Of a stretch of DNA of 64,000 bases, positions 36,883 through 51,000 are shown piece after piece (position 1 is the first letter of the stretch; the number at the start of each line of letters is the position of its first letter). A model generated the notes under the pieces. It saw nothing but the letters and a program-made list of their open reading frames with translations. It was not told where the DNA came from and made no database searches. Location: positions 94,674 through 158,673 of the forward strand of contig NMRA01000611.1 of NCBI GenBank assembly GCA_002633005.1. Direction: 5' to 3'. Source of the DNA: Phoronis australis (taxonomy: Eukaryota; Animalia; Phoronida). The translations under genes were made by a program, and so were the position numbers.

Positions 36883-38961
36883 ATCTTGTAGTTGTTCCAA
36901 GTATTGCAAGTTAGGCTACTGGATTAGACATTCCGAGCAGCTCTCATCCATGGCCATTCCCAACACCTCGTACACTTCAAACTGATCAGTGCCAATCTAT
37001 TGACGGCAATTCTTTTAAGCCAGAAACCCAGCAAACATAACTGAGGGCTGTTCTGCATAGCAAGCAAAACATTCTTTGACAGATCCGTCACCAGCCATGG
37101 TCCAGAGTTTGAATGAAATAAGACATTTTATAGGGTTCATACTTCATCTAATATCACAAGCAAAAAAACCCGGTCTATGAAATGGTGACTTTCACATCAA
37201 AGTTCCCTACAAAAGAAATGGACCATTTTAATCATGCTCTTTCTACAGTAAAAGGTCGCATTTTATCATGTTGACTGGCAAAAAGGTTAGGCATCCCAGT
37301 TTTTGTCCTGAGGCAAAATGAGTGACATACCTCCCATGTACACCAACCACATTGCATCTTTCCAAATGCAGTAGCCCTGCACGAAAAATCGTTTTGTCTT
37401 ATATTACAACATGTACACATTGGCAAGATTTCCAACACTTTTTGCTATGTTCAACACATGCGCCTCCACTGTTAAACTTGAACTTCACAATAAAATAGCA
37501 CTAGTGATGCAAAACGCCCTGAAATTTGAGCACTGTTTAATCAGTACAAAATGCGTACCCACGTGTATTCACTTCTATGTTGCAAATGTACCCTGTCACA
37601 TTTGTTGCGCACATGGCTGCGGAAAAGAATTTGGTAAATAACTTACTAGAACCAGTTTTGTATGCAGAATAATGGGCTTCAAACTGGTTCTCAAAATCCA
37701 AGACCCCTGTAAGTGACTATTGACGTAAATTTTATACATTTCAAAAAGGCATCAGAAAAGGTACAAAAGCGTCAACCTAATGAAAAGTACGTATATCATG
37801 ACAGCGATATTACAGTGCGGTTATGCAGAGTAACGGTAAGATGTCATTTTTATCCGCAGATATGTGAAAAGGGCATAAAATGACGTTTCATCAAAATCAG
37901 ATTTCATCCAGATCTGCAACTTCATACAAACATTGTAAACATTGATGAATAAACCACTACACTGGCTTACAGAGATAAAAGGCACTAATTACATTACAAC
38001 AATACGTACTAGTATTCCCAATCCCTCACTGGTGCTGTAGGCCTGTGCACGTTGCAGGCATACAGGCAATGGCCCTGTAATTGAGCTGCTCAATAGATTT
38101 ACTTTTTGGAAGATAAAATATTTACTGAACAATATGTATGGCAACCAATACCTGAGAATAATGGACATGACATTGTCAAAGCCGCAAGTATCTCTCTATT
38201 CATTTTTTTCTCCTGAAATATCCAAATTACAGGTTATCTGACCAAAAAGTTATGATCTTGACCGTAAGAAAACGTGGCAGAGATCGGACCATTTTGAGCA
38301 CATCTTCCACTTCAAGTAAATTGCACACATAAAGATTGAAGTTGATTTAATTACATATCATTAAAGGATATCGGTTAATATAAAAATAGGACAGTTTATT
38401 TACAGGTAAGACTGAGCTTTGGGCATTCTGGTTTTCTGTACATTTTCACATAAAAGTTATCGCCAGCTCCTTGCCATAAAGATCAGTTGGCAAGTTACCA
38501 ACTAGTTTGATCTGAGACTGCAACACTGACACTCAAGATTTTCTGGTGTTCACTAAACTAGACCTGTTTGATAAACTGGCCATCTCCCTGTAGTAAGATC
38601 AAGTAATCTAAGGCACATACAGTCTATTCAAGTGAACCATGTTGTAATATTACCATCAAAACACAATCTGTGTCAACTGAAGATATCAATCGAATAACGC
38701 ATGGTTCGAAATCGTAGGATCTCTGGCGCCACTCTGTCTCTGACGGCGTCGATCTCTAGATGAAGATCATACAGCTTCAAATGGCAAGAAAATCAACAAT
38801 TCAACAAAACAAAGAGTTTACAGGTTGCACAAACGTCCAATCAATCAAGCAGTGAGCAAACCGGCAACATAAAAGTTGAAAAACAAACCATTCTATTGAG
38901 ATTTTCTAGGTCATCTGGGGCCAAATCTTTCACCACTGCTTTCCGTGCTACAAGTAATTGN

Positions 38962-39560
38962 TCGTCCTTATGACCACTGACTTTAAATTTCTTGGAAAGT
39001 GTGGTCGGAAATTTTTGTCTACAACCATCACTCGAATTCGCTTAAAGTCAGAGCGCCTATGGCATACTCCTATGGTAGGATGGACATTTTGGTCCATCTG
39101 AGCACAAGCTTTAGACTTAGAGAATGCGTGATCCAAGTGGACAGTTTTGTCTGCATGACCACAGGCTCTAAATATTTTAGAAAGCATCATTTTGGAGTTT
39201 AATTTTTGTCCGTACGACTACCACATGATTTTGTTTGAGTCATGGAATGCGTATGGTCGGTTAGACAACTTTTGCCCATACTGTGACAATGGTTTGTTTT
39301 GTCTTTACCATCATGTGCTTTAAATACCTTCAGAGAATATGTAGTCTAAGTGGATAATTTTTGTCCATACGATCACTCACTTTAAATGACTTGAGAACTC
39401 ATGGTCCAGACGGACAATTTTTGTCCGTGAGACCTCGCGCTTCAGTTTAAATGCTGGTACTTGTAGCATACGTTGTCGGGGAAAAAAATTTTGCCTATAC
39501 AACTACGCACTTTAAATAAGCTAGATTGCTAAGGTATAGGCTGGTAATTCCTGTCCATAC
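38962..39560. repeat. Degenerate ~60-bp tandem array with palindromic junctions (GTGGTC..GGACAATTTTTGTCC..GACCAC)
   Basis: The TTTTGTCC/TTTTGCC anchor recurs at ~39014, 39088, 39145, 39203, 39270, 39359, 39419 and 39489. Confidence 0.7.
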
Positions 39561-39849
39561 CAGATGGCGCTTGTTAACATGAGTTACATAATGCCTTGTT
39601 TGTACAGTCTGGCGGATAACATTTCAAAGCAAAAAGCTACTGTCATTGAATTTTGCTATACATGTTCACGATGTAGTTGTCATCTGCAGGTCGTACATTA
39701 ATAAGACCACATTCAAACATGGCATCTCTGCAAGATATTCATGTTCAGAAAATTTCTTTATATTTCTACTACATATTGGACGGTAGGAGAAGTTCTCGAC
39801 ACCGCAAGATAGAAAAACGCAGCCATATTTTATCTGCTCACTAAAAACC

Positions 39850-40623
39850 CACCGACATGTGTGAGTATACATGAAGACATATCCAAGGCCGTCGGTACCC
39901 ATATTTTACCCCACTTGTGTGCCAGCTGCAATGGCAGCAAATTCAAAATCCTTAAAATCATTACTACTCTTCACTTCTGGCGTATCAATGAATGCCAAAT
40001 TTGACTTTGAAATGTCCAAATCAAAGTTTAAGTTCTCACAATTACCAGACATCTCGGACTCAGTATGTCATTGTCTTTCCTTCTTGTTCTCAGTCTTAAC
40101 TTAGTGTACAAAAGGGAGTAAACACACTGAACGCCGCCGTAAGACATTCCTCAAATTTTGAAAGTACTTTGAATGTTTTTAGGCGATCTAGGATAACCGT
40201 ATTCAATTGTCCAACATTCTGTGTCGTTGCGTTTATCAACGGTTTCCCACAACGCTTGTCATCTTCAACAGAAGTTTGAGCCTCCTTGAAACGCCAATAC
40301 CATACAAAACAACCCTGTTTTGGCACATGGCATGATTCTCAAAGGCGTCACTTTCATGGAGATGCTGATATGTTGCAACTGCAGTCTTGTTGTTGTTGAG
40401 GCAAAATCTGATGCATTTTTTGTCACTGCAAAATGGCTGATTACTGCAAAGTTACGTGGCTGAACATCCAAAAATCTCAACGATGCTCATGTGTCGCATG
40501 AATTTCCCCGTACACCCAAATTCACAAAGGGTAGCTGGTAAAACTGTCTGATCATGGATTTCTCAGTTTATCGCATTTGCTCATAATATCCAAATTACCA
40601 TAATTTTTGTGTAGCACCTTGTA
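39850..40623 (-). mobile_element. Decayed mariner transposon (N-terminal HTH region plus 5' TIR)
   Basis: Minus strand: TACAAGGTGCTACACAAAAATTATGG terminus at 40623, then CIRFCLNNNKTAVATYQHL and WYWRFKEAQTSVEDDKRCGKP...NV. These match the mariner transposase pattern CIKFC..GKTATET / W.KRFKEGR.SVEDD.R.GRP. The left boundary is approximate. Confidence 0.8.
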
Positions 40624-40695
40624 TATTGTAACTGATCACTTACATCTAAGCAGTTAACTATCTGTTAATTTCACTTGCAACTGTTGTACTTGCAG

Positions 40696-42039
40696 AGAAA
40701 GAAAAAGCATGCGATTTCTGCTGAAGATCTTGATGATGTCCCTGAACCACCGAAGCTTGAAGAGCTGTCTTCTGACCAAACGCATGATCCAACTCCCCAA
40801 TCTGCCGAGGTATTAGAGACTTTGGACATCATCAGAGATGAATCTGCATCTTCTTCTGTGGCGGGGGAGCATGTGGGTGGAGATGTGGACGAGGAAACAC
40901 CTGCGACGTGTGAGCCTGTTGTGAAGCCTAAGCAGGACTTCTCTGGTGATTCTGTCGAGATTGTTCAGCACGCTACTGAAGGTGAAGATGATAAGGACGA
41001 CGGTTGTGAAATCAACGAGCCAGAGTCTGCGGCAGAAGTGCCAGGTGAGCTACCTGTTGAATCAGGTGCCTTTCTCTCAGACGATGTGTGTATTGAAAGC
41101 AGTGAATCTGGTACACAAGGAAATATGCAATCTGGGGTTGGGCATGAGCTAGTTAGTGATGCTATAGAGAGTGCTTCAACTGAAGACTACGAGGCTGGAG
41201 TGCGTGACGAGCCACAAGAGGAACCTGGAATTGCAGTGGAATTGTGTGAAAAACAGGAGATCCGGTCAGAGGAAATGACACGTTCTAAAGAGCAGGTTGT
41301 GCAAGAGGATGATTCTTGTGAGATAACTCAGTCGGATTGTGTTGAATCAGACAATGCTGTTGTGCAGCCATATGGAGAGAGGCAAGTGGAACATAGTGTA
41401 CAGGGTGTTACCGATGTGAGTGAATGTGATGTGAAACTGGCTGACGTTGAGCCTCAGTCTTTACATGATGTGACTGCTGAGCAAGAAGACAGAGAGGAGG
41501 GTCAACCCTGTGAAAAACAAACTGAAGTTGGTGACCTGGCATCTTGTAATTCAGACAATGAAACTGGTGAAAACCAAATAAATGAGGAAGAATTTGCTCA
41601 GACAGAGGTGAAACAGCCCTTACCTGACGACGAGTTTGACCATTATGTTCGAGTGCAAGATAGTGTGACTACTGTTCAGGAGTCTCTTGTTGTTGTTCAA
41701 CCACATGATGTGTCTCAGATTTCCGGTGCTGCCGAGTCTTCTAGTGACGTTGTGGGTGAGTACACTAATACCGTCGGGGCTACCGCACCAGTCCAGGAAC
41801 CTGAATATCCTCCAGCCACAGATGCTCTACCTAAAGCCGTGCCAACAGCTCCACTGGTGGATGTTCGTGGAGATGCGATGCTTGCTCAAACTCCCGCTAC
41901 TGTTTCTCACCCAGTCTTGGATGTTGGAATCCTTGAGAATGTTGGCACAATGAAACCATTTACCAAGGAACAACTGCGGTCACTCTACTACAACGAACAG
42001 CTTGACGGGTTGGAGAGGTTCATCGAAAGTTTTCTGCAG
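40696..42039 (+). CDS. EPG5: EPG5 large acidic N-terminal exon (448 codons)
   Basis: ttgcag|RKKKH..., ends FIESFLQ|gtttgt. Confidence 0.9.
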
Positions 42040-45000
42040 GTTTGTTTTTTGGATTTCAGCGAAGAGTATTTCTTAGCTGAAAGTGATAGTGCATTAAATT
42101 TGCATTCTTTTTTCAGTGTCTAGACTATTAATTTAATGGATAGTTACTAAATCACCTTAAAATAAACAAATTAATTTGGTGAAGGTTCTTCACATTTGTC
42201 AAGCATCAAGTCTCTTCATTACAGTTAATTCTCACTATGTAATTCATTTACGGTGGGTAAGGCTGTTTTGTGGTTCACTTCACATAAATTACTGATTTGC
42301 CTACCATTTGATACCTTTTTGTATTCGGCAGCTACCAAACTACGAGAGTCATGCCTTCTACGAAATCCTGATGAACAACCTACGGGCCCGAAACAAACTG
42401 CGAACAGCCGAGTTGGACCTGCGCACTAAACAAGCTGACTATGAGCGTCTTCATGGGCTTGTGTGGTCAACTACGACACACACAATGACTGTTAAGGTAT
42501 AGAAGCTACAGGAGGAGACAGTGTGGCCTTGTAGGATAAGCGTCTGCTTCCTTTACGCAAGGTCGTGGGTTCGAGTCTCACTGCTAGACCCTTGAGTCAG
42601 GTCTCTAGCTCCTCAGTTTGGGGTTTTGACTATTAAAATGATTTCGGGTGATTTGTGCAATGGGCCTACATGAGCGGCCTGCACACGTCTGGTACATGTA
42701 CAAGACCGCCTGCAATTATTGTTTAGGGAAGCATCAAATGGGATAGTCTTACAGAATATTTTATGGCAAGTTGGTCTCTGACAATTCGAATGGCTCAATT
42801 AAATGACACAGTGAAATGACACAATTAAATGCCACAATGAAATGACAACTAAATGACAAAATTAATTGCAATGGAAAGAAGAGCTTTAATAATGACAGGT
42901 TTTTAGAATGTCCGTGAACATCATTTTTCTAGTCTAGCTTTGCCTACCCTAACAACTAGTTGATAAATGAATCCCCAGTCACTGCCTGCCAGTATGATAA
43001 GCAGCCATGGCCAAATAAGTATTGGCTTAATCTTGCACAGTTCCGTGATGTATTGGTCATGGGACCGGAGTTTAATTCCCTCTTAATCAAGACCTTCTGT
43101 TTGTTACATGGGGTAGGTGCATTTCGTGAGCCTCTCAAACAGGTGCGTACAATGATAATACTATACATATTTCAGACAGCCTTCATATTGTTCAAATTTG
43201 TATTGTACAAAAACTGGCTGGCTCATATCAAGTTAGTGATAAAACAGTTCTGGTCAGTGTTTAACTTTACTAACAGTTCAAGTATCATGCTGTGTGTTCT
43301 GTCTTGGCTGAGGGTACTACAACAGTGATGCTGTCTGTCATATTTAAGGTTATATGTAGGACCTTATTGACAAGTGCGTTTAGTCTAATATGATTATCTG
43401 CAAAATTATAGATTTCAACTCAAAATAAAAGAATATTTTATGAAAGTAGAAAACCTGTAGAATTAGATTTTTTGACATTTTAAGAATGTACCATTATTTG
43501 GGTCATATTACCATGTCTAGCTTCATAGACTATATATAAGTTAATAGCAAAAAAGGTACAGTGATAGCAAAACAACAATGTCAGTAACATTGATCAAATT
43601 TTATTGATCTAAATGTTGAAGGTGAGATCTCAAAGATTCTGTTTCTGTATTCTAAAATATCTTGGAAAGTTTTCCGTGAAAATCATAAAAATCCTATTTT
43701 TGATAGGCCCTTATGCAAAAGTTGAACATTTAAAAAGAATTCCCAACACCATGTTGGAGAATAACGCATAAAGCATGGTATCCGGAAGTTTCAGTCGGCC
43801 ATTTCAGAGATGTAATGTACCGACGTTAGCCAAATTTGGACATTATTCTGGGGTTCTTAAATAATGTTATTCTTGATTGAAAATGAAGTACTTTTACCGA
43901 GTTCATACTTCTCACATCTCTCTATTTTGTGTTTTATAGGGGGTGTGCAAGGATAAGGTTCATGTCACCGAGCAGCATATGTATGAGAAAGTCGTGTTCC
44001 ATGAGAATGTCTGTGCTGACATCACCCGAGTGCTTGGCAACATCAGGACAGACCTTCACGATGATTTATCATTGCACGCATACTCGGCTCAGCTGTCTAG
44101 GTGAGTGCGATTTCACTGCACCAATTTTAATGGAAGAGATCCTACCGTCTTATGGATTTTTACTATTAAACCTCTGAGTGGATTCCCTTAGTGTAACTGG
44201 AGCACAAGACCAACTACATCTTGTCTGGTCCAGTGTGTGTGAACGTGAAATGTAAATCATTTGGTCCACGAATATTTCACGGCGTTGGCTGTAGAGCTTC
44301 AGTAATTTGCATATCTTTGCATCAGTTAATATTCTCTGCGAGGTCATTGCGTCAACTTAAAGTTTCTTGTGGTCATATCAGAAGATTTTGATAGCATATT
44401 TCACAATTTTATCTAACGCTATATGATACTGTGGAATACAAGAGTGTCACTAGTCCTTTTGATCACATAAAGTGCACTGCATGTTTGTGGTAGTGTTTGT
44501 ATTGAGTTAATGGTAGATGGTATACTTTACAGACTTCAGGTTGAATCGTTCATCCATAACCTGATTGTGTCGTCTCAAGTGTTGAGTGATATCCCTCGTA
44601 ATGCACCTGTCGTAGGTAAGGACATCAGATAGAACGTGCTGGGCCATGACGGTTCTGTAATGCCCACATAGTTTTGAATTCTGAGCACCGATAAATTTCT
44701 TTTGAGAGTAAAATAGGTGGAATAAAAACAGCGTCACCGCATTGCTTAAACTGATCTCAGTTGAAAGTAGTTAACAAAAAAGTGATTCATTAATCACATT
44801 TAAAAAAAGAATCCTAACCTACTGCAGTGTTTGGGGCAGACATCCCAACACCACGATCAAGGCTTGGAATTTTCCGCGGAAACGCGGATTTCCGGTTTTT
44901 TCAAATGTTCTGTCCGCACATTTTATTATATTTCCGCGTAAAAAAATCGGATTTGATATAAAATTTCCGCGGCAAATTCCTTTCTTACCGTGGCGTTGCA

Positions 45001-48000
45001 GACGACGTTCACCTCGAAAAGCGGAAGTTGCTCTTTATGTTTCGTAGGAACGTAAATTGTCAACATTGCCGGGGCATCTGGGATAGCGTGGTGGGATTTT
45101 CAATGGCGTCTCGTGTGATTGTAAACCACGGTGACAAATACTACGGCTCTGCAGCCAAAAATGTGTGGGGGTGGGAGTGGACGGACGAGCAAAAAAGACG
45201 CAGACGCATGCTACTGATGGTATAAACATTTTTTTTAGTCCTCCTGATGTTGTCGGCGAAAGGTTCACATCGACTATTTCAAGGCTGGGTAGCGCGCATG
45301 TTTTGGTCTGTAAAAGTTTCCGCGTTTTTTGTCATTGGTCATTCCAAGCCCTGCACGGTTTTGACATACTTTGCTTTAACAAGCAGCATGTGTTTACATT
45401 CATTTTGTTTTTATGTAGTGTTAGTAAAATATAGAACAAAATTAATTGTCTGTTAATCAATTGTTCACTAAACTTTGAGTTGAGCAATGGGAAATTCACC
45501 ATCAGGCGATGTATTAAATAATTGTGGACAACATTGCATTAGCCTTTGAAACTTTATAAGCGATCGGTTTGGGAATTACGATTGTTCGAAATTTGTGAGA
45601 TGTTACCATAGTGCTTATAAAGTAGCTAATAATTAGAAGGTGTGAAAAATACTTGAATTTATTTCTACTATGATAACGACCTTAAAAATGAGTGCAAGTG
45701 GTCTGATGTCTTTTGCTATGCATCAGACGTGCCCAGGCCACATGGTTAGACCCATTACACGATAAACCTGAGCTAAAACTCACGAGAACCCTGTTATCAA
45801 TCAACAGATTGTTTGTGAAAAAAGTGGCCATAAAGATATATTTGCATGCTCCTAACTATGCTAGTGTATAACAAGAACTAAAACTAACAATGCTATTTGA
45901 ACATCATCTTTGCTAAACAAAGTGCAGGTTGTATTCATTAACAACTTGTAAATGTGAAAACAAATAATTCTGCAAATAGGTGACCTTTGCACTAATGACA
46001 TATCTTGGGGGCTCACTTAGCCCGCACCATGCATTGTTATTCCCCAACACCGCGTCATGATACTTACTGCACATGGTTGAGTGATTTACAGCGGATCATT
46101 TTCGACATAAAACTCGTTCTGAAAAACATTCACAATTTTCAACGTACTTCATATTCACGTCGTCGCTGTATCTTGTGTTTCTAACTATTTTGACCGAGCA
46201 ATCACAGAGATAAGGAATTAGCGTGCAAGTTCCAATTTAAGGTGAAGTTAATCTTTCAGCTTTTCCCCCTAACCAAGTGAGCTATGAGGGAGAGCTGGAG
46301 AACTTGCGCATCTGCATCTGCATCCTGTTTGGCTTGCAGAGGCGACCACACAAGGACGAGACATTCCAAGAGGACACACGCCTTTGGCTGGATAGACTGG
46401 TAAATCTAAAGCAGTCACAAGCTCTCACCCTTTGTCAATAATTATTTAGCACTGTCTAGAACTGAACTCTTCCGTTACGGAGATAAAAATGCATTGTAAG
46501 GTTGGCTTAGTTCTCAAAAGTCAGGCATTTGTTAGTTGAGGTGGTAAGCAAAGAATCCATCTGTTGGTATTATTTATTTATTTTTTATTTATTAACGTAA
46601 TATTTACAATGAGGGTAGCCCCATCAGTTCACACTGCTTTCCATAGGGGCCCATAGACTATAATTTGCAAAGTTTCCTGGTGTTAACAATGCTACTCACA
46701 GGGCACAAACCCCTTAGTTTGCTGGTATATAAACAGCTCAATACATTAATTAATAACCACGAAGTTAGTTGTGTAAAGTTGGAGCCTGGTAGATGTGTGA
46801 CATTGCGGGTATATATTGCTGAATTTGAAATGGCAATAAGCTTATTTGGGCTGGACCTGTTATTTGATAAAAACTATTTTGTGTTAATTGATATCATGGG
46901 TTATATTTTCATCGTTATTAAATGTAAGTATTGTTGTTAGTATGTCCGCTAACCTTGTCACAATATCATTAAGTTAATATGTAAGCATATAAGTCTAAAA
47001 CCTATTTCCAAATTATCAAGAAACGCATGCTGTCAAATATGGCACTCTTGATTATAATTGACCTTTTTACGGGTAATTGGAGATGTCATGTGCACAATGG
47101 ATTGTCGGAAAGTGCCGTCACAGCAGGCAATATTTCCTGTCCCCTGGTGGCTTGTCACTCTAAATACACGCTCACCTTGTGGGAAAGGTTCAATCCTGTG
47201 CCTTCTGAGAGGGTAAGTTTTTAGCGAGGGGAAAATTCTACCCTGATCACCATCAATTTAGCACCCCCACCCCTGCCGCAAGCCCTCATACGCTCTGCCT
47301 TGAATAGCCAAAACAAAGATTTTGTGCTCTTTCAAATTGTCAAATTGTCGCTATTGTGAGTTAGTTACAAGTGATTTGAACCTCAAGGGTAATTTTTCGA
47401 TCACTTGAGGGGAATTTTTGAGCTTCATTATTTTCTAATATTTTTCCGAGGTGAAATGGACTGATATGTAGCCCAAAATCAGGAAAAAGTTCTGTGTCAA
47501 AATAAGTAATGCACACGCTAGCCAACATTCAGCTCTGTTTAAGGGTTGGTTTACTGACTATGCACAAGTTTCATTCTTTTTTGTGGTCTCGTAGTACTAA
47601 ATGCTCATTTTCAATCTAATTTCCAGATTGGTGTGTTCCTTCGAGTGGCCAGTTTTTCTGACCACATGTTCCTGCTGTGCCAGGTTCTTCGTTGTCCGGC
47701 CGGCGTGGGTCAGTGGGGTGCCAAGTGGGTCCAGCCACCCATACTACATGTGTCCTACAACCAAACACAGTTTGGCAGCCCTGTATTGGACCATTTTCTT
47801 GCCATGCTGGCAATAGTTTTGTTACCAATAAGGTTGGTAGTGTTACCGATGATTTAGTTAACCATGAATCAGTAGATAAGATTTACCACATCCCTAAATC
47901 ATGGATATTTGATTAGATTTTTTTAGTGTGTGGTTAGTTTTAAAACAAAATGCTTAAAATGATATCACTTATACTACATTCACATGCTGTCCCGTAAGAA

Positions 48001-51000
48001 TGCAGATAAAATGTGTGAAAAAATTCACAATGTGATTTTTCGTCAGACATCTGATCTACCTTCGTTGTGTCCTCCGCCAGAGGTTACACTCCAGCGACAC
48101 AATCTTATGCTTAGGTACTGTGCACTCAGTTGTGATCACATACAACTGGTATGAGTATTCGCCATTTTCAGTTTAATATTTTGCAGCAACAGATAAGACG
48201 TCTTAGTGTTCACTTGTTTTATGTGTTTGATCTACCAGATATACAGTATGCCTTTGTGCAAAATGAGTATTTAATATACGCCAATTATTGATGTGCTCTT
48301 TTTATGTAATGATCAACCTGTATAGCATGCTGTTTTTGAGACACCAGTTGGTCTTATAGCCCCACATTGCTAATAATGCTCTTGTTTGATTTTTACATTT
48401 TTTGACATAATGACTATTAAACCTGCAGTTCACCCCATGTAGCTGGTCAAAAGATCGAAAAGTCAAAAAATCGAATTCGGCATTTTACGCTCATGAAATC
48501 TGCCTTGTAATATTTTTTACTCTGATAAAATTCGGTTTCCATCATCAACTCAAGTCACAGCAATGCGTACATGCACCGTAATTTTAGGTTTGGCCAATCA
48601 CAATAAACTCTCAAGTGTTTTATCGATGGTTTATAATGCTTGTTGATACTGGAATTGATGACCTATCATCGTGATAAGGAGTATTATGAGACTGATTTAA
48701 TGAGAGTATTAAGGCCTAGTTTGATTTTTGTAAACGGGCATACGTTGTAAAGAAATTCATGACATTACTTCACAGGGGCAGGGAAGATTATCTGCGTCAG
48801 CTAGGTGTTGATATGACCCCGGAGAGAACCAAGTGTAACCCCTGGACACTGGTCGACAGTGAGGGGGAGGAAGAGGTAACTCATTACATAACCCGTTTAG
48901 GATTTTTCAAGATCTTAAAAACGATTGGTCAAAGGAACCTGTTGCTCGGCGATATGACGCCATGTCTTAATGAATATCGCGTTCTTCTTTCACATTGTGT
49001 TCCATGAGGAATTCAGATTATACATTACACAAAGCTGTGTTTCTTGTGATAAATTGAAGACTACATTTGAGGAAAGGATCGTTAGAAAATTAATAGCAAT
49101 GGGCTGGGGGTAACAAAAAGCCATTAATCCTAATGGGTAGGTTGTGCTGAATAAATGTGAGCTGTTTCGCAGTGACCTATTTAACAAGTTAACATACAGG
49201 CCAACTTATTACAGAAGCAGAACTGACATGACCAAACAAATGGGCTTTGGCAATGGAAACTTTCTAAGTTGACATAGTTCCTGGTGCATAAAAATTATTT
49301 TAGAATCCAAAAGCAACTGTTGAAGCCACCCAAGATGATTTGAAAAAATTTAAAGTGAAAATCAATTGAACCACATGTTAACAAATAGACGGTTCTGTTA
49401 ATGGATACCTTTTCAAATTGTCACTAATAGCAACTATGGTTACGTATAGAACTATAAAATCATAAAGCATTTGTTTAGTGCTATTTATTTTTTGTGAGAA
49501 ATGGGAAGCATAAAGTTTCTTATCTCTGCTATATTATGCCTTAAAATGGTGCAATGTTCTCGCTTGCATTTAAGGATGAAGACCCTTCTGTAACTTGGAA
49601 ATACCTGCTTGAAAATGATCTGGTGGCCATCTTGAATCAGTTCAATATGGAGGCCATGTATATGCATGTGTTGTTTATTGATAGAGAAGACAGGGAAGAA
49701 GGTAATTGTGGTCCTGCTTCTGTTTCAAAGATCCCATGATTATTTTGTGTGAAATTAGAAATTTTAAATAATTTTAAGTTTAGTGACCTTTATTACAATG
49801 AAAACCACTGGTTCATGTATGTTCTGGTTGTCACCTCTATTAAATTATTCATTTGTGAACTGACTAACGGCAAGGTTGTATATAAATCAACTACTGGAAA
49901 TTACTTAGTACTGCACTTGGGTCAGACAATTATAGCAATGTATCATAAAATGATTTAAATGCATGCAGAAGCTACACTGTTCATATCGCGCATGGAGCTG
50001 TGATTAAGTGCACACACTCTTCACATGTCTCTGGCACTTTTGCTTTGACAATTTTTGCAACACTTGTCATAATTTACAGACCGTTTGATCTACGATGTGA
50101 AGAGAACCAGTGAACACTCAATGATGAGGTTGTTTGCATTTTCCACTGCACTGACTGAGTTGATCGGCAGAGGTTTGGAGAACTTTACACAGACTCGTTA
50201 TAGACAGTTGAACAAGCGCTTGGGCAACATGATAAGGTATGCTGTGCTATAAAGTAGCATGTTGAATTATACGCACACTTCGTGTTACATCAACATTAGA
50301 TTAGTCAGAAGTTGTCTTGTTGAAGGCATTACTGCCTGGCCCTTTTCACCTCAGCAGCATTAATCTGTAATTACTAGTTGTGGCCACAGGTGGCGTGCAT
50401 GACCAGACTTAAAAGTATTTACAATTTGCAATCAGTATTTATTGTGAATTTTTGCTGGTTATGTGTATGATGAATTTTACACTCTTTCGTAAGATCGCAG
50501 AGTATGTGTTACAGTGAAAATAAATGTAATGAACGAACACAGGTGCTATTTTTCTAAACATTGTTTTTTAAGATTTTAATTCCAAAGGAAGTTGATAGGG
50601 ATGGGGAGGTGGGTTTGACTGAAAAAATTGAAATGGTCAGCAAGACAAGGAAAGCAAGCACATGCACTTGTTTAATAAGTAACCTTCTAAAGTGACCCAA
50701 AATTCTGAAAACAAATTGAATAAAAAAATCTGTCAGCACATGATTTTGAAAGAGCCTGAGACGAGCCAATTACAGAACTGTTTGGTGTGGCTCCACATAT
50801 GTCTAAATGTTTGATGCTGCCAATGGTAAACTTAACCATGAGATAGACGTTTGACGCCATGTGCCATACAGTCATGAGATACCATACCTGTCGCCATGTG
50901 TCATATTTGCTATCTTCCAGGAAAACAGTGTGCTTTGTCTCTGATCACTGGGAAAACTTCCGCACCACAGTGGTGCTACCTGTAGTCACTATGACTCGAC

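Noticed and set aside
38962-39560. CRISPR-like repeat-spacer array
   Set aside because: Eukaryotic context with no cas genes; the repeats are highly degenerate and the spacers are homologous to each other.
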